Position numbers and translations under genes: made by a program
Shown: one piece after another, positions 1-12,984 of the stretch
How positions within the stretch are numbered: the stretch's first letter is position 1
Layout: each line of letters starts with the position of its first letter
The notes under the pieces: generated by a model
Told to the model about the DNA's origin: nothing
Seen by the model: the letters and a program-made list of their open reading frames with translations, nothing else
Databases searched by the model: none
From: Eledone cirrhosa
Taxonomy: Eukaryota
Assembly: GCA_964016885.1 (NCBI GenBank)
Contig: OZ024746.1
Span: 5,890,001-5,954,000, forward strand
Length of the DNA: 64,000 nucleotides
Direction of reading: 5' to 3'

Positions 1-149
1 TTTTTCATTGTTATTTCTTTGTTACATCCTCTGTTTTTGTTTTTTACACGCAGAAATGCCCATTTGTACAGTCCTGTGTTGTCCTGTATTGTCCTTAATG
101 TCTACTTTATGTAAACCCTTGTGGTTAATAAAGAAAGCATCATTATTGT

Positions 150-215
150 TAGTAGTAGTATTAGTAGTAGTAGTAGTAGTAGTAGTAGAAGTAGTAGCGG
201 TGGTAGTGGTAGTAA

Positions 216-261
<46 letters not shown>

Positions 262-283
262 CGTAGTAGTGGTAGCAGTAATG

Positions 284-345
<62 letters not shown>

Positions 346-348
346 ACT
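150..348. repeat. (GTA)n microsatellite
   Basis: Direct reading; source of the poly-V and poly-S ORFs. Confidence 0.95.
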
Positions 349-533
349 AGTGAGGGGATGTACGGAGTGTAAAAAGTTTAAATTAGAACAAAATGAATTG
401 AAAAGGGAGAAAGGGGGAGGTTGGGGAATGAAGGAGAAGGGGGGAGGGGGATAGTGTTAGAATATAAAGAACAACAGAAGGGAAGAAGAATCTCAAAGGT
501 GCGTAAATTTGTGTGTGTGTGTGCAAAGACGCA

Positions 534-569
<36 letters not shown>

Positions 570-904
570 ACGCATACATATGTGTGTGTGTGCAAAGACG
601 CATACATACGTATGTGTGTGTGTGTGCAAAGACACATACAATGTGTATTTTTGCGGGAGTTTCAAAGTTTCGGTTATAAATAAAAGGAAATAATTGTTCT
701 GCTTGAAATATATGTTACGCTCTGGCAGGGTAGAAATTATGTTAATCTATGACAACAGATTAAAGAGATTCTACCGCACAACAGCAACGCTGTTGGTAAA
801 AACAAAATAAAAGTCAGCCACATACACACACTCACACACACACTCACACACACACACACACACGCACGCACACACACACACACACACACACATGCACATA
901 TGGT

Positions 905-1224
905 GGCTGCCAACTCGTTTTCGAGTACGGCCACTACTTCATATCCATGTAGGAGAACCCCTACCGATGCGCTGAACGAGTGTGACTTTTTAGTCCAGCC
1001 AGCGACTTGAAAACTCTGGTACAAACACTACACCTGTGACAATTATTGACACATAGTGCTGGTCCCATGTGACGACAAGTGCAGAGAGATCTCCAGATAT
1101 AAAGCAATGCCTGTGCCGTGAAGCTTTTATAGTGAGCAAAGGCAGTGCACAAAGCCAGTCCCACTCTCTTGACCAAGATGATATTTACCAAAAAGAAGAA
1201 CAAGTCAACATCATTGGATACCAT
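905..1224 (-). mobile_element. Degenerate non-LTR retrotransposon 3' end (RTE-like) with C-terminal C2H2 finger
   Basis: ORF 961-1224 ends CSVCTRVFKSLAGLKSHTRSAHR. Confidence 0.5.
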
Positions 1225-1344
1225 CAGGGTTGCAGGTGTTATATCAGAGTTTTCCTTCTCCTAGAATTCTGCCTTGACAAAGGCTAAGGGGTCATCTCTC
1301 CCGGTGATTTTGGATGGCCATTGACTCTTAAGAGCTCCTTTGCC

Positions 1345-1453
1345 CTTTGACAGGTTTTGTTTTTAGTCCTGCAGGATGTCCAAAGTCACCCTCCTCACCA
1401 AGAAACCTTGGTGGGGTTGCCAGTTTAGTCGCCAACGACCCGACCATGAGACA
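1345..1453 (-). repeat. Interspersed repeat, second copy inverted at 42900-43015
   Basis: gacaggttttg...ccaagaaaccttggtggggttgccagtttagtcgcc...gaccatg matches the reverse complement of 42900-43015. Confidence 0.75.
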
Positions 1454-1604
1454 TGCACACATGCACTCATACATACACACAAACACACACACTCACACAC
1501 ACACACACACACACACGTATATAAATTAATGTATACCAGACATCACGCGTATGTACTTCATATTCACTGGTGTATACCACTATATCAAAATTAAACTCAA
1601 TACA

Positions 1605-1657
<53 letters not shown>

Positions 1658-1900
1658 CTCAGTACTCCTGAAATATGTATAATAAAATATACTTGATCAC
1701 ACGAATGTCTATTTTTGTTAATATTTTGAATTAATATTAAACCATAACTGTTGAGTGCTTCCAATCTATTGTAAAACTCATTCTTTGAACCTTGTTTAAC
1801 CTTTAAATATATATATATATATATATTAGTAAAAAGAAAATGCTGACAAATGTTTCCCAGTAAAAAATAATTTAATAAGAAATAAGTATAAATTAATAAT

Positions 1901-2085
1901 TGTTTCTACTTTAGGCACAAGGCCAGCAATTTTCCAGTTCATTACTGGTACTTTATTTTATAGACCCCGTAAGGATGAAAGGCAAAGTCAACCTCGGCGG
2001 GATTTGAACTCAGATCGTAAAGGGACGTAACTATGGTGGAAAGCATGGCGTCCGACCCTCCACCGATACTGCCAATCCACCGCCC
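1901..2085 (-). mobile_element. Full-length tRNA-derived SINE (family A, Nin-like central domain) with 17-bp TSD
   Basis: Minus strand has A box tggcagtatcgg, B box gagttcaaatc and gcctttcatccttacggggtc; aagtataaattaataat is duplicated at 1884-1900 and 2086-2102. Confidence 0.9.
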
Positions 2086-2135
2086 AAGTATAAATTAATA
2101 ATAAGTATTAGTTAGTATTCAGTTTTAGTTTTAAG

Positions 2136-2172
2136 TTTTTACCGGTTGCGCATTTCTTATGCTTTTCAAAAA
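2136..2172 (-). ncRNA. Hammerhead-like motif with U3-A8 core; GAAA changed to GCAA (probably inactive)
   Basis: ttt-TTGAAAA-gcat aagaa atgc-GCAA-ccgg-TA-aaa. Confidence 0.5.
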
Positions 2173-2336
2173 TAATTTCGAGATAGAGTGCCCGTGATTT
2201 TTCGTCTAATATATGTATATATAGCGTCCGAACGTTAAGACCCTCTTCCTGCTATATCAAGCGTTAACCTAATATATCCCTTTCATATACTGTACCGATT
2301 GTGTTGTTATTTCTGTTTACCTTTTACATACATACA

Positions 2337-2451
<115 letters not shown>

Positions 2452-2723
2452 CTATGACTTCATAAGTCAACGGCGAATACTCTCCTAGAAATAACTTATA
2501 AATCACCCTATTATTACTAATAATACCCTTAAAAGAGAAAACCGTATTGAATAATACATTTTTATAATCTCTGTGTAAAAAATATACACATATGCATGAC
2601 GGCTGCAGTATCAATTAACAAATATATTGCTAATGAAGGTTGAATTGAACGGATGAAATTCAATTTCATTCACACTTTCCTAAATCATCTATTTGATGTT
2701 AAAAACGGTGTCAATTAGTAAGT

Positions 2724-2816
2724 CCCGTGATAGCTCATTCGGTAGAGCGGCGGACTGTAGTTAGTTATACCTTGTTTATTAGCCTTAGATCGTTGGTTCG
2801 AATCTGTGTTGCTAGA
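2724..2816 (+). pseudogene. Intron-containing tRNA-Tyr(GTA) pseudogene
   Basis: gatagctcattcggtagagcggcggactGTAg, about 20-nt intron, then ccttagatcgttggttcgaatc; the acceptor stem no longer pairs. Confidence 0.75.
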
Positions 2817-4021
2817 TTATTAAAACTAAATAAATAGATAGAGACGTAAGTAAGTAATTACCCCCCCCCCCCCCCTGTTGATCTGCGGCCAAATAAATAT
2901 TCTATTTGAACAACCAACATCTCATCTGTCTCCTCGCCTTTTTTGTCCCACCTCCGTCATCGATACCTCCCTTACACAGCATCACCATCATCAACATCTG
3001 AAATGTTGTGAGTAGAGCACATGTGTAGCAGAGTAAAACGACAGGCCCTCATTTGTCATGGAGTTTTGGAATAAGTGGTGTATCTCTGTGAGACTGTGTA
3101 AAGTCCGGGATTTATGGTCAGCAACATCATTTTTGTATCTACTTTGCAATGTTTAGACGAGGTGTCTTACAGTTAGATGTCCTTCCTGGTACCAACACTT
3201 TAAAATATCTCATACAGCATGCAGTGTTATGATGTACCTTTTAAAAATTAGAGCTCACCTTCCTAGTAAGTACATATTGATGCTAGTGTATATTCCCTAC
3301 TATTGCCCAACACAGCAATGTTTTCCTTCTTCCATATAAGCTTTCTATTCCTTTACAGAAATATCCTCTTGGCTATTATGTTAAATATGTCCCTTACGTC
3401 CTAAATCTTATAACGTTTGAGATGGCGACGGCGAGGAAGACAACGATAATGGCGGTGATGATGATAACTCAGGAATAGCCACGATAATTTTAGATTTCCA
3501 GAATATGCTATTCCTAATATAAAAATCTCTTCTATTGCCACAATCAATGATAGTTTCCACGCCATATTAGTTGCGAATATTTAGAAATAATAATCTTTAT
3601 TATTCCATCAATCAACATCCAATGGTGGAGAAACAGCAGTCAATATTGCCGCAGCTGCTAGTAGTTTTATTGAGAATACAAAGCTATGGGCTGTAGCAAT
3701 GCCAGATTGAGGCCTCAGTCAGCAGTTGTACAGTGAAGAAAAGAAACTATGAAATAAGTGAGATGGGATCTGGATCTATTCAGCTGTGTAGGACCTATTT
3801 AAGGGAATTAAAGACCCGACTGGGCATCAACAAAATCTTTGCAATTTTCCAAACATAAATGTTGGTAAGAACATATGCCAAAGTTGTGTCGTTGCGTGTT
3901 CATTCTGACGATGGTGTGATCATGTGTATCGGTCTGTGAATGTATATGTGTGTGTGTGTGGTGTGTGTGCCAATGCATGTGTGTACCTCTATGGTGTATG
4001 TGTATGCCTGTGTGTGTGTGT

Positions 4022-4066
<45 letters not shown>

Positions 4067-4220
4067 ATGTGTATGTGTGTGTGCATGTGTATGTATGTGG
4101 GTGTATGTAGGTGTATGTGCGAGTCTGTGTGTGTGCCTGTGTGTTTGCATGTATTTACTCTTTTACACTTGTTTCTCCATGCTTACATTCACTGCTCTGA
4201 TCTAAGTTAATTCTCTGAGT

Positions 4221-4957
4221 GATAGAACAGCAGATGTCTATATCTATATAGATGTATTTCTGATAGAACAGCAGATGTCTATATCTATATAGATGTATTT
4301 CTGATAGAACAGAAGATATATCTATATATCTATAAATGTATTTCTGATAGAATAGCAGATGTCTATATCTATAGATGTATTTCTGATAGAACAGCAGATG
4401 TTTATATCTATAGATGTATTTTTGATAGAACAGCAGATGTCTATATCTATAGATGTATTTCTGATAGAACAGCAGATGTCTATATTTATATATAGGCATT
4501 TCTGATAGAACAGCAGATATGTCTATATATCTATAGATGTATTTCTGATAGAACAGCAGATGTCTATATCTATAGATGTATTTCTGATAGAACAGCAGAT
4601 GTCTATATCTATATATAGGCATTTCTGATAGAACAGCAGATGTCTATATCTATATAGATGTATTTCTGATAGAACAGCAGATGTCTATATCTATATAGAT
4701 GTAATTCTGATAGAACAGCAGATGTCTATATCTATATAGATGTATTTCTGATAGAACAGAAGATATATCTATATATCTATAAATGTATTTCTGATAGAAT
4801 AGCAGATGTCTATCTCTATAGATGTATTTCTGATAGAACAGCAGATGTCTATATTTATATATAGGCATTTCTGATAGAACAGCAGATATGTCTATATATC
4901 TATAGATGTATTTCTGATAGAACAGCAGATGTCTATATCTATATAGTTGTATTTCTG
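4221..4957. repeat. Minisatellite, about 39-45-bp unit
   Basis: Repeated ctgatagaacagcagatgtctatatctatatagatgtattt with length variants. Confidence 0.95.
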
Positions 4958-5102
4958 TATTTCAATACACAACTAAATTAATGTAACTGGTTACACATAT
5001 ACATATATGTATGTTTACGAAGAAAAATGTGAAGAATATGCTTGTGTATGTATGTATAAGTATGTATGCGTATATATGTATGCGTTTATGTATTTATGTA
5101 TG

Positions 5103-5152
<50 letters not shown>

Positions 5153-5153
<1 letters not shown>

Positions 5154-6310
5154 ATAATAATGGAGCTGCGGCGTTGCAAATGGGTTACATATAAAAAAGT
5201 GAGTCCTTCATCAGTGACCCTCCAACCGTCCCAGGCATTTCATCGCTTTAAGGGCCATATACCTCAGGTTGGTGCGAACAACGGCTAAAAAAATTCGTTG
5301 GGACACGTAAATAAAGAGAACGTTAGGGTGAACAAACAAAATGGTTTAAGCAACAGAAAGTGAGAGGAAAGAGACAAGTCCCAGATTTCTATGAATATAA
5401 ACTCGATAAAATCGTGAACTAGAGAATAAAGACCATCAGACCTGGTTGAAATGTGAGCAAGGAAGGAATTTCGCACAGGTCTAACAGGAGGAAGAAGAAG
5501 AAGGGGTCTGGTCTGCGAATTCGGTAAACATAAGTTCTGTGAAGACGCAGACGAGAGAGAGAGAGAAAAAAATTCATACTGGCTTGGCCAAGAGTGCGCG
5601 AGAAAAGAAATCGGACAGGTCAAGCGGGAAGAAAGAGGAGTGGAGGAGAGGTAGTGACAGGGTATGAGTGAGTGAAAGTTGAGGAAGAGGCTAACAGAGA
5701 GAGAGACTGCTAGAAAGGGTAAAGATACAAAGAGAGAAACAGACGGGTGGCAGCAGAGGAAAAAATATGTGTAAATATGATAATAATGGAGCTGCGGCGT
5801 TGCAAATGGGTTACATATAAAAAAGTGAGTCCTTCATCAGTGACCCTCCAACCGTCCCAGGCATTTCATCGGTTTAAGGGCCATATACCTCAGGTTGGTG
5901 CTCGCGCACTCTTGGCCAAGCCGGTATGAATTTTTTTTCTCTCTCTCTCTCGTCTGCGTCTTCACAGAACTTATGTTTACCGAATTCGCAGACCAGACCC
6001 CTTCTTCTTCTTCCTCCCGTTAGACCTGTGCGAAATTCCTTCCTTGCTCACATTTCAACCAGGTCTGATGGTCTTTATTCTCTAGTTCACGATTTTATCG
6101 AGTTTATATTCATAGAAATCTGGGACTTGTCTCTTTCCTCTCACTTTCTGTTGCTTAAACCATTTTGTTTGTTCACCCTAACGTTCTCTTTATTTACATG
6201 TCCCAACGACTTTTTTTAGCCGTTGTTCGCACCAACCTGAGGTATATGGCCCTTAAAGCGATGAAATGCCTGGGACGGTTGGAGGGTCACTGATGAAGGA
6301 CTCACTTTTA
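5153..6310. mobile_element. ORF-less PLE-type insert: 626-bp unit in partial tandem plus a 410-bp inverted arm, flanked by (TA)n
   Basis: 5160-5274 repeated at 5786-5900; 5901-6310 is the reverse complement of about 5193-5601. Confidence 0.75.
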
Positions 6311-6349
<39 letters not shown>

Positions 6350-6369
6350 CATCATATATATATATATAT

Positions 6370-6423
<54 letters not shown>

Positions 6424-6427
<4 letters not shown>

Positions 6428-7659
6428 TTCGTTATTAGCCACAAGGGCACAAAAGAAGGGGACAAATACAAATGGGGAGTTTACATACAGGTATATGAAA
6501 ATAAAATTATTAATACAATAACAAATAACAATTGAAATCCCCAATAGGGGGGGGGGTGTTACACAGGGGTTGTACACACCCCGAAAAAATGTACAACCCT
6601 CATCTCCAGGAGCACCAAGAGTGAGTACTCCCTTCCTCTCTTCCTCTTTTTCCTCAACCTACAGGCTTATATAGAGAGAAGGCCCAAACACTCGGGCCAT
6701 CTTTGCCACATTCACGCACCTTTTATAAAATTTTCTGGGGTATAGCACCTCTCTCACCATCCTGATTCTTCTTCCAAAATGATATTTGAAAAAACGAATC
6801 AGTTGCTCGCCGGAGAGAAAGGTGTCTGACCTCAGCCCTTTTAACCTCGTCCACCATATAACCTCTTTCACCATAGCCATAACACATAGTTAAACCGCCT
6901 CTCCCTCGTTTTTGAAGGAGGGTGGTGGTTTGATCATGACAATGGACTCGGTGGTCAACTGGATTGGTCCCACCCGCGACAATAGTCGTTCTACATAGCC
7001 CCACAGGTCGGTAACGCCCGGGCAGTGTACAAATGCGTGTGCGACGGTTTCCTCGTCACGCACGCATCTCGGACAGATCTTTTGTCGAAGGGTCCCTAGC
7101 CGGGCGCCCGTGTCTGTAGAGCTTGTCTCGAACTGGTAGAGCTCCTCGGTAGCACTGCCAGGCGAGGGACTTTTGGAAATTGTCTATTGGTCCCGGACGG
7201 AAGGTCCTACCGAACAGACTGGCCAGTTCGTCCTCCTCTACGCCTAGAATTTCTCCGAGCGCGTCGTCGCACATGCTGCGGACCAACCCTCTATAGAATG
7301 TCGAAGTGGAGTCTCCACTGATCGCCGGGTCCGTTTGCCAGAGGACTGTGAGCGCCTGAGCACATTCGATGTGCCTGTCACCCATTTTCCCCGGTCTTTG
7401 CTTGAGCCAGGACTGCAGCCCGGTCAGCGAGACGAGTCGTGGGAAGGCTCGCCTCACGAACGAGGCCCACACCGGTTGTCTGGTGAGGAATACGTGGAGG
7501 TGCCGCAGTCTGAGTGCGTGTTTCCGCATCGTCAGCCACGGCATCCCCAGCCGTCCGTTTGAAGGGTGTTGGCAGCAGATGGATCTTCTCACCAAAGGAG
7601 CCTGTTTCTTCCAAAGGAATTGGAAGAACGCACGCTCTATTTTGGTGAGCGTTTTGGCT

Positions 7660-7662
<3 letters not shown>
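6424..7662 (-). mobile_element. 5'-truncated Tx1/L1-clade LINE (ORF2 C-terminus and 3' UTR) within (TA)n
   Basis: GRLGMPWL and AWQCYRGALPVRDKL motifs, frameshifted CPRC..ETVAHAFVHCP zinc knuckle, WWTRLKG region. Confidence 0.8.
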
Positions 7663-7723
<61 letters not shown>

Positions 7724-8459
7724 GTGTATGTGTGCGTCCATGTGTATGTACTTGCGGTATTATATAACCAGCCTAGCTCCGATAGCAGTGAGTAGGGATG
7801 TGGTCTCGGTGGAAGAGGTTCCAAGATGGCCGAAAGTTTCCACTGCTGCAGGCTCTACGACAAATCTACCAGAGAGCGAAATTGTGCCTAATTTAACTTC
7901 TTTTCCAGACTTGTGGATGGATACTCGATAAAATCGACCAACAATAAAAATAGAATAACAAAATCATACAATTTCCTTCAAAATTTTTTTGTTTGCCCTG
8001 AGATTTCATTAAGATGGTGGATTTGTTAATAATAAATTAGAAAATATTTTCTCTGCTTTACAAAGAAGATTGGGAATTGTTTTTAAGACAAATCTCAAAT
8101 AATAGCTTCTGGTGAAAACTGTTGTACTCTTTAATTATTCATAATAAAAACAATCCACATATAATATACTGATTTGATATTAAGAAATAAATGGTGTATT
8201 GTTTTGTAAAGAAATTCCTGATTATGTCTTTTTTGTTCAATTATGTATTGTTTTTGTGTACAATAATTATCTGGTGACTTAATCGTTTTCTGCATGACTT
8301 GGGGAGGTTATAATATCGTAAATACAGCCTGCAGCACATTATACAATTTATGAATAAAAGTTTCAATGTATTGTGAATTCTGCTGAGAAGGAAAGCGAAA
8401 GCGAGAAACAAGAAGAGACGAGGAGATCCCCCCCCCCCCCACACACACACAGGGAAATC

Positions 8460-9723
8460 ATCACTCACTTCCGGAAAACCCTCCTCTTCAACGACGGAGT
8501 AGCCTGGGCAAAGAAGTCTAAAACTTCAAACCTATTCGACGTCTCCATGGGATCGTTTGACAGTGCTGACGTTGGTGAATTGGCTGGCCTATTTATCTTA
8601 GACATATTACTTGTTAGATTCCTGGACTTCCACACGGGAATATACTGCGACGATGGGCGGACTTTATCGAGCCATAAAGGGGGTCACGACCTCGACCGGT
8701 TTAAAAAAATACTTAGCTTCTACCTTCAATGAGTTAGGACTTAGGATAACAGTAGCCACCAACCTCTCTAGCGTAGATTTCTTAGTCATTAATTTAGACC
8801 TTCGCACACCCACCCACAGACCCTTCCATAAGCTAAACGAGAAACTCAATTACATTCACACGGATTCATGCCACCCTGCCACTGATTTTAGAAACTTCGT
8901 TAAGAATATCAGTACTAGAATCTCAAACCTCTCCTCTAATAAGGCTATCTTTGACAGGGCGGCACCCTACTATAACACGGCGTTGGCTAACTGCGGCTTC
9001 TCACAACCTAACACTTACTCTCCCACTAGCAACAACACCATTAGGAAACGTAAGCGCAACAATAGACAAACTATCTGGTTCTCTCCTCCTTTCTCACTCA
9101 ACGTTAAAACCAATGTAGGAAAAAGATTTCTGGCCCTCTCATATAGACACTTTCCCATAGGTCATAAATACCGCTCCATCTTTAACCGACACAAAGTTAA
9201 ACTAGGATACTCCTGCGCTAAGAACATGAAGGCCCACATCACCAGCAGCCCTAGGAGCACCACCCCAGCAGGGTGCTCTTGCGGTAAGCCTGAAGCTTGC
9301 CCTCTTCAACAGCAATGCAACACACTAGCTGTAATTTATGAAGCTGTGGTCACTTCCAACCGACCAAACGAACCACAGGAGGTCAAATCCTATGTGGGCA
9401 TGGCGGAGGGCCGATTTAAGGAACGTTTCCTGAACCACCAGTCTACCTTCAGGTACCCGGACAGACGTTCATCCACGAAACTCGTGAGCCACGTATGGTC
9501 CCACAAGGACTCAAGTATAGACTACTCCATTCAATGGAAAGCCATCACTAAGTCCAAGCCATACGCAAGGGGAAATCCGACGCGTGGCTTATGTATTGAC
9601 GAACGAATAACTATTCTAAAGAGATTACGCAATAGTGATTGCCTAAACACGAGAAATGAATTTTTCACAAGTTGTCCACACGTCGCCAAACACCTATTGC
9701 ATAACTACAATGCTCCTGACTGA
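8460..9723 (+). pseudogene. PLE reverse transcriptase (C-terminal half) plus GIY-YIG endonuclease, frameshifted
   Basis: FDVSMGSFDSA, GIYCDDG, VDFL, SCHP, IWFSPPFS, CSCGKPEACPLQQQC, VIYEA..SYVGMAEGRFKERFLNH, SCPH. Confidence 0.9.
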
Positions 9724-9883
9724 TTCTTTGTAATTTTATTTTCAACTAAAAACTTTTCGGACTTTCGCAGTTATCTCCCTTACACCCCTCAGACGCATTC
9801 TAGTATTGCCTGTGTGAAGTACCGGGTTTCTGCGCATGCGCGTTCGTACAGTTGTCCTTCCTGTTCCTATAACCATGCCCATT

Positions 9884-9923
9884 CCGAACTGAGGATCCGC
9901 TAAGGTGAAACAATTGTTCTCGG
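9884..9923 (+). ncRNA. Minimal type I hammerhead ribozyme
   Basis: ccgaa-CTGAGGA-t cc gctaa gg t-GAAA-caattg-TT-ctcgg; palindromic stem III. Confidence 0.75.
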
Positions 9924-10020
9924 CGTCGTGAACTAACTGTTTTTTTACCACTACTACCTAACTCGTCCCATGGACTGAGTGCTCTACCACTACGGATATT
10001 ACCTTCTAGTGTTCCACCAC

Positions 10021-10070
<50 letters not shown>

Positions 10071-12804
10071 GTTTGTATTATAAAGATATACATTATTCTG
10101 TAGCAAATAACAAAATATGATGGTGTGCTCATGTGGAATCTATAAAAGAGCTGAAAGAATGATAAAACACTGGCAACACCAAATATTTGTTCTAATATAA
10201 TTCACAGTACAACTTCAGTCTAAGAATGAAGAAAACTGTCGTTAAATGTTTAATAAGCAAACGAAATAGTAGTTTGTGGATCAATATAAAGCAATATTAA
10301 CACACAACTTTTATTTTACCAAACAGAAAATAAATTGGGACAGTAAATCGCTCGTGGCTATGATTCCGAAACGACGCTAAATAAGAAATAAGAAGGCAGA
10401 TAATTAGTTGGTGAATATTTTTTTGCTTTTCTTTAAGTGGTTGTGATATCTTTTTGAAACTTAATACTATGTAAAATAAAAAAGGAAAATATAAATATTT
10501 CGCTGGCAGTAATAGGTGGATAGAGAATTATTGGAATGAAACATCATTGAAAGAGACGTGGTTGTGGTGATGTCTTGTCAGTTCTTTCAATATCTTATAT
10601 AATTGATTTTTTTATATTTATCTTTGCGTAGACATAAGGGCGTAACTACTTTTTAATGAAGCACAAAATAGTTTGAAGTGTGGTTCTTCCTCAAATATAT
10701 TAGTGACGTAGAAGAAGTAAATTGTTTTCAATCGGACATCGAAACTGTTTTACAACCTCAATAGAAGGGAAACGTATATCGTTTTTTAGACACTTGCCGC
10801 CATATTGTTCGTAAGTAATTGGTTTGTTTTCACTAGGTACAATGTCTGCAACTTATAGGGAATACAAAATATATTCTGAGGCGTTTATACATTTGTGAAT
10901 ACATTTGAATATCAGAATAAAGTGGTATGACTGTAGCTAATATTTGAATGCATGCTGCAGAAAGCTTATACTTTGACATCTGGCCTTTACCAAAACATTG
11001 ATAAAAATTAATTGATAATCGAGTGAGTCCGGCAGATGAAATTTCAATGAGTATTTGTGAGGAAGCCGGAAAAGAAGGTTAATAGAGGGCGTAAATGTAT
11101 TTCAGTTTAATATTCTGATAAAGAACATTGTATTTAGATAACATTCCTTAAACTTATGTACCGTGTCAAAATGTTGTTATTTGTTTATCGATTAATTATA
11201 CTAAAAGAGGAAACCAAATATGGTTGAAATATTGCAAAGCAAATAATAAATGCTATAGCATAAATATGTCAGCATGACCTGATGCTAAATAAGATGCAGG
11301 TTTAGCAAATACAGTACTTATTGCTTGTCTTTCAGGAATACAAAAGGTGACTATTCCGATACCAGATGACCAAAAGAAGATTAGCCACATCCGTAAATGT
11401 TCTATATTGATTCTTACAATTCCCATGAGTTATTTATAACAAATATTACCAAACAGATAGAAACTTTTAGGCTTATGTTCGGGAAACATTGCACAGTTGT
11501 TTTTAGAAACGGAAAGATGCTTGGATGGTTATTCTAATTAATATATACAAAGCTTTTACCATGTAAATGAAAAACAAATACGGTCTAACTTAGAAGTGTA
11601 TTCTATCGAGTAAATGTGTGGAAAGCAAACTCCATCCTAATTAACTGTAACATTTGACATGCAGGCGTCTATTATTGAGTTTTTCTTTTCTAACATTCTC
11701 ACTTGGTGATATTGTAGAAAGACTGTATTTACCATTACATTCCTCCAGTATCTGCATGCTACTTATTTTATTGACTCCAGATGAAATGTGTTACTGATAG
11801 TTAATCAACACATGAGGTACAGAACGCCAGATTGACCACAGCAGAATTGAAATCAGAATAAAGAATACTTGACAATTTTGTAGCAAATGTTGAATAACAA
11901 AATTGCAAACCTTAAATGCAATCAATGAATTCATTGTTAAATATTCTATTTAAGAAGATAACCACAATCCCAGCCACCTGATCATATCCACTTGCAGGTC
12001 TCCATTTACCTCAACGCTAGCTATCATGATAAGCTTATACCACCTATGGTTGTTGTTCTTTATCTTCAATCCGTGACACCAAATATACCCTATATATTTT
12101 CAATTCAATATTGAAACATTTACTTCACCATCAATAGCAAGCCTCTTTATATTGTCATCTCGTTTCAGTTTCTTTTTAATCGCCAAACTCGAACCTAATA
12201 TTTCGCTGCTGCGCTGAGCTCGTACGTGTTTTGAAATACTCTTCCCTTACCAAAGACTTCTACAAATATCTAAGGGTTGGTAACCCTCATGGGTACCAAG
12301 ACATGCCCAGTTTCATTAATTTGTTTTGTCGATGTCTGAGATCTACGATCACTTTATCTTGCAAATTACACTAAAATTAATGTCTTCCTTCCCTAATACT
12401 TCAGTCAAATTGAAGACCATTTCCATTCCTATCTACTCCATTCACCTCGAGAAATCTATTGGCTCTAAACCAACTCACTCTAACTCTTAACTTCTCGATT
12501 CTTCCTCTCAACCCTCACACAACATATTTACCACATGCCCATCCCGTTGCACCAGGCAAACAACAAACCAAGATCAGATGTTCCTGCTAATATCTCAGGC
12601 TGTGATGCTAGACAATTTACAATAAATTTTGAACAACAAAATTGCAAACCTTGACAACAACCAATATAAAATATTCTATTTAGGAAAATAACTACACTCC
12701 TGGCCAGCTGATCATTTCCGTTTGAAATTATTCTATTTAATTCATTTGGCTGAGGAAGGATACCCAATAGCCTCATCATACTGTCTTTAAAAACAATACT
12801 TAAT

Positions 12805-12984
12805 AATTGTTTCTACTTTAGGCACAAGGCCAGCAATTACCCAGTCCATTACTGGTACTTTATTTTAACGACCCCGTAAGGATGAAAGGCAAAGTTAACC
12901 TCGGCGGGATTTGAACTCAGACTGTAAAGGGACGTAACTATGCTAGAAAGCATGGCGTCCAACCCTCTACCGATACTGCCAATT
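12805..12984 (-). mobile_element. SINE family A
   Basis: Near-identical to 1901-2085. Confidence 0.9.

Larger units (their letters stand above)
8460..10022 (+). mobile_element. 5'-truncated Penelope-like element (Naiad-like) with 3' UTR HHR, ending in (TA)n
   Basis: RT and GIY-YIG motifs in ORFs 8373-8732 and 8611-9723; HHR at 9884-9923. Confidence 0.9.

Noticed and set aside
6290-6310. CTGATGA as a hammerhead core
   Set aside because: No GAAA and stem III downstream, even in the longer copies at 5160-5213
10140-11720. Possible decayed DNA transposase
   Set aside because: No ORF, TIR or motif that I could confirm
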